Part shown: one piece after another, positions 23,801 to 35,062 of the stretch
Layout of the letters: each line of letters opens with the position of its first letter
How positions within the stretch are numbered: position 1 is the stretch's first letter
DNA from: Cladosporium halotolerans
Taxonomy: Eukaryota
Length of the DNA stretch: 64,000 bases
Assembly: GCF_011745625.1 (NCBI RefSeq)
Contig: NW_027191454.1
Span: 186,001 to 250,000, forward strand
Direction of reading: 5' to 3'
Notes under the pieces: generated by a model
The model's input: the letters and a program-made list of their open reading frames with translations, nothing else
The model's database searches: none
What the model was told of the DNA's origin: nothing
Made by a program: the position numbers and the translations under genes

Positions 23801-25856
23801 ATGCTGCGAGCTATTGTATTCTTAGAATGGGCCGCAATCGCTTGGGCGGCCCTCAATGCCACGGAAGACTCGACAAGGCTTACCATTAACAACGACCGAC
23901 TGTTCGCTTCTGTCGATAAATCAATTGGCGCTATTGATAGACTTACACTTGATGGTCAAGATTTGCTCGGCGCGAGATCTGGCAACACTGGCATCGGTCC
24001 CTACTTAGACTGCTACTGCGTCCCAAGCGGTGCTTATACTCCTGGTCGCATTGACCCAGTCTACACGCTCCTGCAAGGTACCGATGCGAGCAAGACGGCA
24101 TGGGCCGGCGTGGTCATGAGCGAGACCTATCCGGCTACTGGCCAAGTGCTTGAACAGTACTGGTTTCTTCGTGATGGAGAGACTGGTATTCACACATTCA
24201 GCAGACTGGCCTATCACAACTCTACAACGCAATTTCTGCGGAATTTGCAAGAGTTTAGAACGCTTTTCAGACCTAACACAAAGCTCTGGACGAACTTGTC
24301 GACAAACGCAATTCAATATGCACCGCTACCGAACCCCAACCCAGCTGCAGGAGGGAAAGGCGATTTCGTTACAGTGCAGGATGCGACTTGGTATCTCCCA
24401 AACCGCAGCGACCCGTATGTGATCCAGGAGTCTGACTACTTCACCAAATATACATTCTCCGATATTTGGAGAGATCATCGTGTCCATGGACTGTTCGCAG
24501 ATGGTTCAACAAGCCCAGACGGGTCAACATATGGTGCTTGGGTTGTCATGAACACTGTTGACACGTATTTTGGTGGCCCCAAGAATTCCGATCTGGTCGT
24601 GGATGGGATCCTTTACAACTACATTGTCAGCAACCATCATGGCAACGGTACGCCGAACATCACCAACGGTTTCGACCGGACCTTTGGACCAGCTTATCAT
24701 CACTTCAACAAAGGGCCCGCTGGCACTACGCTCGAAGAATCGCGCGAAGACGCTCTTCAGTACGCTTCACCAGAATGGAACGCTGAATTTTACGACTCTA
24801 TTGCTGTATATGTGCCAAACTATGTACCCACCTCGGGCCGTGGTACATGGAAAGGCAGCATCCGGCTTCCGCGAGACGCAAAGAAGCCAATTGCCATCTT
24901 GACTCAGAACAAAGCGGACTTCCAAGACAATGTCATCGACACCAAAGCTTACCAGTACTGGGCAGACATCGATCCGAGCAGTGGTGCCGTGCAGATCCCT
25001 CGCGTCAAGGCTGGTGCGTACCGCTTGACTGTGTACGCCGAAGACATATTCGGTCATTTCACGCAGGACAACATTGTTGTCAAGGCTGGGAAGACGGCAT
25101 CCACCAAGGTTCAATGGAAGGCCGAGTCTGCCGGCACTGAGCTGTTCAGGATCGGCACACCTGACAGGAGCAGTGGCGAGTATCGCCATGGCTATGAGCG
25201 TGATCCGACTCACCCGCTGCATCCTGAAGAATACCGTATCTATTGGGCAGCATATGACTATCCGACGGACTTTCCAAACGGCGTTCAGTTCAAGGTCGGA
25301 GAGAGTGATGTAGCGAAAGATCTCAACTACGTCCACTGGAGCGTCTTCGGCGGCTATGCGAACTCTGTCCGTCCGGAGCCATACTATGGCAATGGAGACG
25401 TGAACAACTGGACGATCGCTTTCGACACCACGAAGCGCGATCTCCAGCACAAGTCAAAAGCTACATTCACAATCCAACTCGCAGGCGCGAAGACCGCGGC
25501 AGGCAACACTGACAATTACAACGCTACTGAACCTTACTCGAATTTGCCCTACACGGTCGTCGTCAATGGGCATGCACTGGAGCCATGGATTATTTTGTAC
25601 GCCCATGACTTTCCCTCTCGCTGTTTGCCAGATGCTAACAGGATACAGGTACTACCACAGCAGCTCTTGTGCTGTTCGATCATCGGTCAGCTGCTACAAC
25701 ATCGCCCACAAGTTTGTCTTCGATACAAAGCTCCTAAAAGCTGGTGAGAACTCTCTCGTGCTGAGCTTGCCATTCAACGCAACGAATTATGAAAGTGCAC
25801 TGTTGCCACGGTCGGTGTATGTGCAGTACGATGCTTTGAGGCTTGAGCTGAGCTGA
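23801..25856 (+). CDS. Secreted rhamnogalacturonan endo-lyase, polysaccharide lyase family 4
   Basis: Signal peptide. Motifs GIGPYLDCYC, QYWFLRDGETGIHTFSR, LQEFRTLFRP, YFTKYTFS, SNHHGNGTPNITNGFDRTFGP, VYVQYDALRLE. Intron 25597-25648 joins WIIL to YYHSSSCAVRS. Confidence 0.9.
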
Positions 25857-26128
25857 ATATATCATGATTGCTATGTGGACAATTTCTCCATGAATGTGGA
25901 GCGATGGAGCGATGCGAAATGTCGACTACAAATCCTTTAAAAACGAGACAATATACGCTCAAAGTAAATGCAACTACGCGCGACAGACGTATGCAATGAC
26001 AAGCCCATCTCTGAAAAGGCTTCAGAACTAAACCCACCCAACCACCAAAATACTCAACGCGCCTTTCCTTACCCCTTGGCCATCCCCCAGGTGTTGATGT
26101 AGCATGATCGCATGAAACAACTTCAGGC

Positions 26129-28104
26129 TCACCAACCGGCCTTTTCCATCATACCGGAACGAGCCTCCCGCCCACCGCGGTCACCACGGCCCCTTCCACG
26201 TCCGCGATTATTCTTCCCTTGGCCGCGCGATGGTCCACCACCACCGCCGCCACCACCACCACCGCCACCGCGCTTAGCACCACCTCCACGACGATTGACA
26301 GAAAAGTTGATGCGAATCAGGGGCTTTTCTACGAAGTCAACCCCTTTCAAACCCAGCCTCTTCTTCTCATCCTCCGGAATACGCCAGGGCTGGAAAACGC
26401 CCATCAGAGTCTCCATGCTGTCCCCATCCTGCTGCAAAGACACGCCTCCACCGTCCTTGTTGCTGCGACCAACATCGCGCAGCTCCGGCATCCACATGCG
26501 CACGTACTCGCCGTTAGAGTCGTAGTCCACGGCTTGCTTCACGGGGTTGAAGACGCGTGCGGCACCGCGCGGGTCGTTGCCCACGCCCGCCACGTACTGC
26601 CAGTTGCCCCAATTGCTGTGCACGTCGTAATCGATGAGGTTGGTCTCGTACCACTCTGCGCCGAGGCGCCAGTCGATGCCGAGGTGTTTGCTCAAGTACG
26701 ACGCGACGTTCTGACGAGTACGGTTGGACGTGTAGCCCGTGAGGAAGAGCTCGCGCTGAGAAGCGTCGATGAGGCCCGTTCCCGTGCGGCCGGCAACGAA
26801 GCGCTCGACGGCCGCGCGAGTGTCGTTGTCATTGACTCCGTTCGAATTCTTCTTCGCAGTCGAGTGTGTAAACGGGCTGCTGATGAACTTGAAGTTCGCC
26901 TCGCCGTCGCTGCGGTAGCCGTCGACCATGAAGAGGCGGCTGCCGAACTTCTTCGTGCACAGGCGCATATAGTCGCGCCAGAGAAGCTCGAAGCGCACGC
27001 CTGCGGTGCCCTTGCTCTCGCCCTTGCCGTAGCCTTCTGTCGATTTGCCGAGCGGGGTCTTGCCGTCTTCGAAGTCAACCATTAGCCAGTGCACCTGGCG
27101 TGCGGTGATACTACCGAGGGCTAGCCAGGCGGACAGCTTTGTGCTGAAATCTTGTCCGATGAGGCCGTTGCGGGTGTCTTTGTAGGAAGTCATTGCTCCA
27201 GATTCGATCAAGTGGCGGACTCGCTCAATGCCGGTTTTTGAGCCGCCCTTGAAGTCGTGGGAGTTGACAGCGCCTGCGGGCTTTTCAGTGGGCATTTTAG
27301 GCATCTCCATGTCGACCGGTAGAGGCTTGTGCAGAGCATCGATTACTCCGTTCAGGGTATCTGGGATGGCGAAAGGAGCTGCTGGAGGGGGGATGTGATC
27401 AGGCAGGGGCAGCAGCTTGTCAGGCTTGGGAAGCTGTTTTCGGGGAGCTTCTCTGAGAGGCTCGACAGTGTTTCTAAACGATGTAAATACGTCCTTGAGA
27501 TCTCTGGGATCCTTGAATGGTAGATCGCGGCTGTGGCAAAGTCAGTAACTGTCTCTTCAAGGAGCAATGCAAGAAGTCCTTACTCGTCGACGAAATACTT
27601 CTCATCAACCCAGCGCTTGAACTCCTTGCCCTCCTTCCTCATCAGGGCTTCGGCGTCTCTCTCTTCATATTCCTCCTCCCAGCCTTCTTCCTTCGTCATC
27701 CACAGGCCATGCACTTCTGAGCCCTCCTGATCCCGGTAGCCATCAAGAATAGAGCGGACGGCGTCCTTGACAGTTCCAGCGCGAATAGTAAGTCCACTGC
27801 CAATGTTCTCGAGGTCCGTCTTCAGATCCCAGACACTCTCGGCAAGAAATTTAGAGCGTAACCTGCCGCACCTCCAGAATCCTCCAACTTGGCTTCGCGC
27901 TTCCGGATACGGCGACTTCTCTCCGTCTTTGACAAAGCCAGAGACCTCAAGTTGCTGTGCAGGGAAAACGTAGACCGGGAGAAGGTGCGTGAATGGTTTT
28001 TGAGATTGGCTGTTGATTCGTGCGAGCTCGTTGAAGATTGGGTTGTCGGCCAATCGAAGATCGCGCCGGAGTAGGTAAATCAGAATGCGGTTCGGCTGCG
28101 CCAT
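26129..28104 (-). CDS. Cryptochrome DASH (photolyase/cryptochrome family) with Gly/RGG-rich tail
   Basis: Motifs LLRRDLRLADNP, YKDTRNGLIGQDFSTKLSAWLALG, FELLWRDY, TGYTSNRTRQNVAS, DYDVHSNWGNWQYVAGVGNDPR. Intron 27531-27583. Confidence 0.92.
26235..26270. repeat. Imperfect (CCA/CCG)n trinucleotide run encoding poly-Gly in the CRY-DASH tail
   Basis: ccacca ccaccgccgc caccaccacc accgccaccg on the + strand. Confidence 0.8.
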
Positions 28105-29587
28105 AATTTCCAGGTCCAAAGATCGCACCACGCGACAAGATTGTAGTGACAGGTTACTTAAGGAAAGAAGCAGTCGTATGCGAGACGAGAGGTGTGTATG
28201 CTAAAGTTTGGCGAGTCGACGCAAGAACAAATGCTTTTCTAGATCATATGGTGCGTGCAGAGGAGGATGCTGACAGCTGCGTGGCGCTGGTTGGCCACTG
28301 GCGCGATCAAAATCTGACACCCAGGGCTATCGAGATGGGCATCTGTGAAGTGATGATTCAGGGAAGGCGGTCATAGATCCCAGCGCCCGAGACGCAGGAA
28401 CGAGTGGAAGGTAAGGGAAGCAGGGTCTGAGGGCTCGAGGTGGCGGCCTCTTTTACCAGCCACGCTAGCATCTGAGCGAATCACTAGTAGCATACTTGAG
28501 TTTATTCTCACCGTCGGTCATTTTATTTCCCCCATGCGTGCCCTCAAAGCCCTGGGCGGCGGGGATGCGAAGGCATGCAGATCCGCACCGGGTCGCTGGC
28601 CGAGTGGGTACAAACACTGGGGATCGGGCGGTCGTCGATGTCATATCTCACCAGCCAGCACTTTTCGAACGTTCGAAGACTTGATTGCAAGGCTTTCGCT
28701 TGGCATCGATCTCTACAAAGTGTTCTCATAGGCCCGTTTTGACCGTGCGATGAGCACAGGGCGTGGTGTCTCTGCGGGAGGGTGCATGGATCACGGTTGG
28801 CCGATTGCCAGCGATTTACGGAAGGCCTTCCAGATCGAACATCAGGCGACCCAAGCGTTTGCCTCTTGCAGTTACTCACGGTGTTCTGCCAATCGACTCG
28901 TAAAAACATGCAGTGGGAACAAACAAAAGCTTCTTACAGTAGTCACGTCAAGGTGAAACGTCAGCATCCTCATTTCATCGAACAAATGCTGACAAGTTAA
29001 TTGGGGTTGATGCGATCTGCATTTAGCCCGGAAAGGCCGACCGAGGCAAGATCTAGGATGCTAGGACAAGACGTGCTCGCACTCTACTAGGCGAATTGCT
29101 GGGACGCCTACTAACTTGTTGTCATCAGGGTAGCAAAGCAACATGTTGTCGCCCTTTGCCATCGTCGGCAATGTCTGCGACAAACTGAGTGGGGCCGGTA
29201 TGAAGTCGCGGTGCAACATCCATGGTCCGAGTGTCAGCAAGCTGCAGGGCCCTGTCAAGCACATGCAGATATTGGAACCATCTCAGATCTATCGAGATCC
29301 ATTCATGACGAAATCGTGTGGATGCGCGCCAACGCTCTCGTGATGCCGGCCAACCGGTAAAGCGAGTGTGGGCGAGGAAATTGTGGCGAACATGACGACA
29401 TTTGTCCTACAAACGATCTGAACGAACGCAAGCGGGAGCGACAAGATCGTTCGCAGACGTTCTTGATCTCTGAGAGAAAGCATTCGCCGCACTTGTGACA
29501 GCGACATCGCTGCAAATCGTTTATTGGAACCCTACAAAACATTGAAAGCTCGCCAAACGCTAGACCACAGAGCAAAAACAAAAGATA

Positions 29588-29668
29588 TGGACGAACCCGG
29601 AGTCGAACCGGGAACCTTCTCCATCTTAGCAATGCTAAGAAGATGTCATACCGCTAGACCATACGCCC
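29588..29668 (-). tRNA. tRNA-Ala(AGC) with a 9-nt intron (29624-29632)
   Basis: Minus strand folds as GGGCGTA-TG-GTCT/AGCGGTA/TGAC-A-TCTTC-TT-AGC-A-[TTGCTAAGA]-T-GGAGA-AGGTT-CCCGG-TTCGACT-CCGGG-TTCGTCC-A. Has the G3:U70 alanine identity pair, A73 and a downstream T4/T5 Pol III terminator. Confidence 0.93.
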
Positions 29669-29970
29669 CAACATGTCTTGGCACTGAGCGCACGTGATTA
29701 TTGTTCTCCAACAGTTTGCGGCGAGCGCTATGGACATCGAATCAACAACTTCAATTCGCATTATACTTCAGTGAATAAAAAAAGCGTCATGCATTATTCG
29801 CTACTCACGAGGAGATCGTGCGACCTTGCTTTGTATGGTTTAGGTTGACTTGAACATATTATTTTTAGCCTCCCGACAGGTCTACCTCAACGCCAAATGC
29901 TCGCGTGTCTGCAGTGCACGACCGCCCAATATCCCTCATTGTATCTTTACCATCTCATCTCAGAATGCAT

Positions 29971-31779
29971 CTAAGCGGAGCCGTAATCGTTGAAGTTGTG
30001 CAGAGCAATGTCCTGGTTGTCCCTGTTCTGTGTCCGCGGTGCCTCATCCGAACCAACAGGCTTGAGGCCGTTCGCTGGGTTTGCACCAACAGCGTGCGAT
30101 GAGCCGGCCTGAGCAGCGACCACCTCACCGTTCTCTCCAACGGCGACGCCGTGCGCTGCCATGCGCAGCTGCTCGGCGCCAGCAACGCCATGTCGCACCG
30201 CCTCGCGGGCGCCGTCGAGCACCTTCATCTTCTTGGCCTCGCCGCGCATCTGCTCCATGTGGCGGAAGTACTCCTCACCAACGGGCGTCACATACTTGCC
30301 GCAGAAGACACCGACCTCGAAACGCTGGGTCTTGGGGTCACGCGGGCTGTCTTGCGCGCAAGCCTCCTCGAGGTCCTGGAGAGTCTGGTAGACAACGGCA
30401 TCGGCGCCGATGGCTTGTGCAATCGCACCGTTGTCGCGCTCGTGAGCGATGAGCTCGTGAGGGCTCGCAAGGTCGATACCGTAGATGTGAGTGTTGGTGA
30501 TGGGCGGGGCGCAGCTGGAAAAGTAGACCTTCTTTGCGCCGGCCTCGCGGGCCATGTTCACGATCTCACGGCTAGTGGTACCGCGGACGATACTGTCGTC
30601 GACCAGCAGGACGTTCTTGTCCTTGAACTCGATGGGGATGGCGTTGAGCTTGGCGCGGACACCACGTTGACGCGCGCGCTGTGTGGGCATGATGAAGGTG
30701 CGGAAGATGTAGCGGTTCTTGACGAAGCCCTGGCAGTAGGGCTTCTTGAGGTGTTTTGACACAGCGTACGCGGAGACGAGCGAGGTTTCAGGAATCGGGA
30801 TGACACAGTCAATCTCGTTCATCTCGGCGGGAGTGAGCTGTGTCTTGATCGTCTCGGCCAGGCGGTAACCCATGAGCTGACGGCTGCGGTACACAGAGAT
30901 GCCGTCGATGATGCTCTCCGGGCGAGCAAAGTAGACGTATTCGAAGATGTCTGGTGCGTAACCCATCTGTGGCGAGACCTGCTGGTAGACAGGAGCCTTG
31001 CCCTTCTCAATGATGACAGCCTGACCGGGCAGGATGTCCTTGATGTTGCCGTAGCCGTTTTGGCTGAGCGCCACCGATTCCGAAGCCATCATGTAGTCCA
31101 TGCCACCCTCAACGTCAGACGACTGGCGCTCTCCGATAACCATAGGACGGATACCATAGGGGTCTCTGAAACCGATCAGACCAAAACCGGCGAGCATGGC
31201 AGTGCAAGCCCAGCCACCCTCGCATTTTTTGTACATCCTCTCAAGAGCACCAAAACAGTCCAAGGAGTTGATACGAGCCTTGCCGGTCTCGTTAAGCTCG
31301 TCAGCGAAGACGTTCAACATCAGCTCGCTGTCGCTCTCAGTGTTGATGTGGCGATGCGCCTCCTGGTCCAGATACTTCTTGAGCGCGGGAGCATTGATCA
31401 AGTTGCCGTTGTGTGTGAAGCAGATGCCGTAAGGAGAGTTGACGTAGAATGGCTGAGCCTCAGCATTTGCGCTGCTACCAGCAGTGGGATATCTGAGGTG
31501 ACCGAGGCCCATGTAACCGGGGAGATCGCTCACACGCTCACCGTTGTGGAACACTTTGGCAGCAAGACCGTTGCCCTTGCACTGGAAGATCTTGCCGCCA
31601 CGGGAGCAGGTGGCGATACCGCAAGCATCCTGGCCACGGTGCTGGAGGTAGTACAACGCTTGCTTGTGTCAGCGGAGGACAGAGCAAAGGTCTACTTTTC
31701 AACGAAGCGTACCCTGATGCAGCTCAGGCGCAGCGTCCTGGTCAGACGCTGCCAGAATGACTGCAATAATGCCGCACAT
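29971..31779 (-). CDS. ADE4: Amidophosphoribosyltransferase
   Basis: N-terminal MCGII (Ntn Cys), [22 protein letters not shown] and the PRPP motif [14 protein letters not shown]. Intron 31659-31712. Confidence 0.96.
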
Positions 31780-32817
31780 CTTTGTGTCGTGATTTTCTCG
31801 AGTGACACCGTTAACGGCTTATCTTCAGAAATTTCGAAGGCTTAGCGATCGCGCTGTCAATCGATTGGCTGGTTGGAGTGCGCCTGCTGCACCGTAAAAC
31901 CAAATTCGACGACGAAGTCTGTATTGCGAGGAGATACCGTCAGAGCCGTCGGCGACAAGGCCTGTCTGATATTTTTGATTACCTCCATCGTTCGGGTCGG
32001 GAGGATGCGCGCGACCAGTCTCTGCCTCTTCAAGGGACCGCGGGGAATTTCCGGTGGCCGAAAGTTTGATCACCGGCTTCGGAGGGACTTCACTTCACGA
32101 AGTTCACGCGACACGCCTCACGTGCCGCCCTTCTGCTCATTTCTTGCTGCGATAGCTTATATGTGATCGGCCTGCGGAATTCACAGCATATCATTTGCAA
32201 AGTAATGCGTCAAGCCCAGCTTTCGCGCTTGGTGGCGGCACAGTCGTACATCTCAGTCCCCCAAACGAAAACAGCACACCTTGCACCCTCATTGGAGTGA
32301 ACTTGTCACATTCGTCCAGCACCAAGTAGTCTGAGCACGGTTTGCAGAGCGAAAGTTGGACGTCGAAGATGGGCTCGCAAAAAGTACGCGGTCCTCGTCA
32401 GTAGTCGGCAACTCGTTCACCAACTCACCAACACTCCAGGCAAGTATGCCCAGCCCGTTTGAGGTCCGGGTCAGGCATGGAAGCCTGCGACCGTCCCCTT
32501 GATGGTATCTACAAACTTTCCTTGTACGTATCAGCGTATGCCTTAGAACTTCAATTTTTTCGTCGCTTTGTTTTTGGCTCATTGGCTTTCACCGCTTGCT
32601 CGTCCACCGTTTGCGCGATCGCAAGACATTCACTTTCACATGTAAGAAGGTCCGTGCGCTAGGCACCTAGGCGCTCGTGCAGCGCGTGGTGTCGCTATTT
32701 TCATTTCACGGATATCTCGAGCTTCGCCCACTCGACCTCCCACCACTCCCTCCGTCTTTCCGGGTGCTAGACTGTAGCACTACGACAACTCCATTGTCAG
32801 GCCATCGCATCTTAAGA

Positions 32818-34893
32818 ATGGCACCGCCTCTGCCACAACGTTCGAATACTATTCGACCGAGCGCAAGTAACGGGCTCAAAGCTACCGAATTGATCGATCT
32901 TACTGCTGAGGAACGAGAACTTGAAGCGAACCCCAACATTCCTCCCGGCGCCGTCTGCCTCCATTACATCGTCTTAGGCAAGAACACCTTGACTTCTGGA
33001 AGCAATGTTGAGTTGATAGACGGTGATTTCCTCCGCATTGTCCACATCTTCCGGGAAATCGCTACCGCAAAAGTCGGGCTTAGAGGCTATCTGCTACGGA
33101 GAACCAGTGCAGCCGAGAACTTCTTCCCAACAGACTCGCGCCCAGAAGGCAAGGTCTGGAGATGGGTCAACGAGCTGTGTCTCATTGCGCCCTCGCTGGA
33201 AAATCTTGAGAACGGCAACTTGACGGAATGCATGATCACGCGAGATCCTGGAGACGTGCTTCACACTAGGGAGATCTTCTTCACGAATGCACCTTTTCCG
33301 GAGTTCAGTCATTGGAGGGAAACTCGCCATGACTTTCATACTGTTGGGGAGGCGAAAGCAGTCGCGGAGCTTACCTGTCGCTGGAAGATCGCCTTCACCA
33401 AGAATAGTGGGGGCAGTTATTACTCTGGGGCCGTCGTACGTCTCCGAGAGGAGGATTGCGACGAGAAGTGTCGTTGCTCCGATGTGGTCCTACTCAAATC
33501 CCATAAGGTCAAGCTGCAGAAAGGAACGAAATCAGAAGCTCCGAAGACGGAAAAGGCGCGGGCTCAGCAGTCGAGGACTGCTCAATCAACCAGATCCAAG
33601 AAGCGGCGTCGCATTGATGACCAGGTGGGACATTCTGACGATGAGATCGAGGTCATTGAATACAAGGTTCGCAAGACGTCCAAGGTGGCTAGCTCGACCA
33701 AAGATTACACCCAGCGGCGGAGAAAGAGAAGCAGTACAACCGTGAGCGTCACAGAAAGCGTTCGCTCTATGTCGCTTTCCAGCATCTTCCCGGCAAGAAA
33801 ATTCCGCCGCGGGCCTACTGCCCAGCCCCAAGCCCAGCCCCAACGGCCAAAGGTACCACCAGAGATCATTGATCTCAACGAAGAACTATATACCTTGGGC
33901 GAGTTATGTGCTGGAATTGGGGGCTTTACGAGTGGCGCCCAGCAGGGAGGTCTCGGCGCAATTTGGCTAGTTGACAAATGTCCCAAGTGCTGCGAAGGCC
34001 TCAAAAAGACTTTCCCTCGGGCAAAGGTGTTATGCGAGGAACTCCAGAAGTTCTGCGATGAGCAAAGCGCGCGCGGATTCGATGTCGAATGTGACATCCT
34101 ACATATCTCGTTCCCATGCCAGACACATTCGCTGGCCCATACCGTCGAAGGGAAGAACGATGATGCGAATATCGCTGCTATGTTTGGAGTGCTCGAGAAG
34201 GTCATTGATAAATGCAAGCCTCGCATTATCACCCTTGAGCAATCACCTGGAATCGTGGAGCGACAAACGGTCACTGACGAGCGGTACGGCACCATAGAGA
34301 AGAGTGCGTATTTCAAGTATCTTGTCCGTGAGTTGACCGAGAAAGGATACAGCGTCCGATGGAGAAAGATTGATGCTTCCAAATACGGAGTCGCACAGCT
34401 ACGGCAGAGGATGATCATGATAGCCTCGTGCCCCGGCGAGATATTGCCACAATTCCCCGAACCTACTCATGGAGACGAACCAGGCCTGAAGCCTATCGTC
34501 ACTATCCGCGACATTCTCAATCTCGCTGAACAGTGGAAGCAATTTGTGCCTGACATCATGAACAAGTCGAAACCTTGCACCGGAAAACCTCAAACGCCAA
34601 TGGACATCCCGCTCCCGCACTGCATCACAACCAGCGGCACCGAAGATTTTCATCCAAGCGGAGAGCGCACATACACGCCTCTAGAGCTAGCGCTATTCCA
34701 AGGATTCTTGCCTCACCATACCTTCGTTGGTGGCTTTGGGGATATCAAGAAGCAAATTGGCAATGCTGTCCCTGCGGTTTTCGCCAAGTTACTCTCAGAA
34801 CAAGTCGTCAGCAGTTTGCGAGAGAGCGATCGGAGGATCAAAAAGTGGGACCTGCAGCAGAGGCGGAACGCAATTGAGCTTGAGGAAGACTAA
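32818..34893 (+). CDS. rid: C5-cytosine methyltransferase of the RID/Masc1/DmtA family
   Basis: Intronless 691 aa. Motif I GELCAGIGG, motif IV DILHISFPCQTHSLAHTVEGKNDDAN, motif VI ITLEQS (EQ in place of EN, typical of RID/Masc1), motif VIII YGVAQLRQR, IX HPSGERTYTPLELALFQGF, X QIGNAVP. N-terminal region VELIDGDFLRI..LTCRWK resembles the RID N-terminal domain. Confidence 0.88.
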   Translation: MAPPLPQRSNTIRPSASNGLKATELIDLTAEERELEANPNIPPGAVCLHYIVLGKNTLTSGSNVELIDGDFLRIVHIFREIATAKVGLRGYLLRRTSAAENFFPTDSRPEGKVWRWVNELCLIAPSLENLENGNLTECMITRDPGDVLHTREIFFTNAPFPEFSHWRETRHDFHTVGEAKAVAELTCRWKIAFTKNSGGSYYSGAVVRLREEDCDEKCRCSDVVLLKSHKVKLQKGTKSEAPKTEKARAQQSRTAQSTRSKKRRRIDDQVGHSDDEIEVIEYKVRKTSKVASSTKDYTQRRRKRSSTTVSVTESVRSMSLSSIFPARKFRRGPTAQPQAQPQRPKVPPEIIDLNEELYTLGELCAGIGGFTSGAQQGGLGAIWLVDKCPKCCEGLKKTFPRAKVLCEELQKFCDEQSARGFDVECDILHISFPCQTHSLAHTVEGKNDDANIAAMFGVLEKVIDKCKPRIITLEQSPGIVERQTVTDERYGTIEKSAYFKYLVRELTEKGYSVRWRKIDASKYGVAQLRQRMIMIASCPGEILPQFPEPTHGDEPGLKPIVTIRDILNLAEQWKQFVPDIMNKSKPCTGKPQTPMDIPLPHCITTSGTEDFHPSGERTYTPLELALFQGFLPHHTFVGGFGDIKKQIGNAVPAVFAKLLSEQVVSSLRESDRRIKKWDLQQRRNAIELEED

Positions 34894-35062
34894 GCATCTT
34901 GCGTCGATGATGAGCGGTTTCGCCACAGATTTTGTTCAATCATCGCCCATGTCATCGCGGGCAGCAATTGTGCAAAAGTTGGTCGGGCGCTGAGAAGATG
35001 TCGTGCAAGGAGTTCTGGGTTGAGTCAAGAGCCGTGTCAGATTCTGCCGCCCGAAGTAGTCT

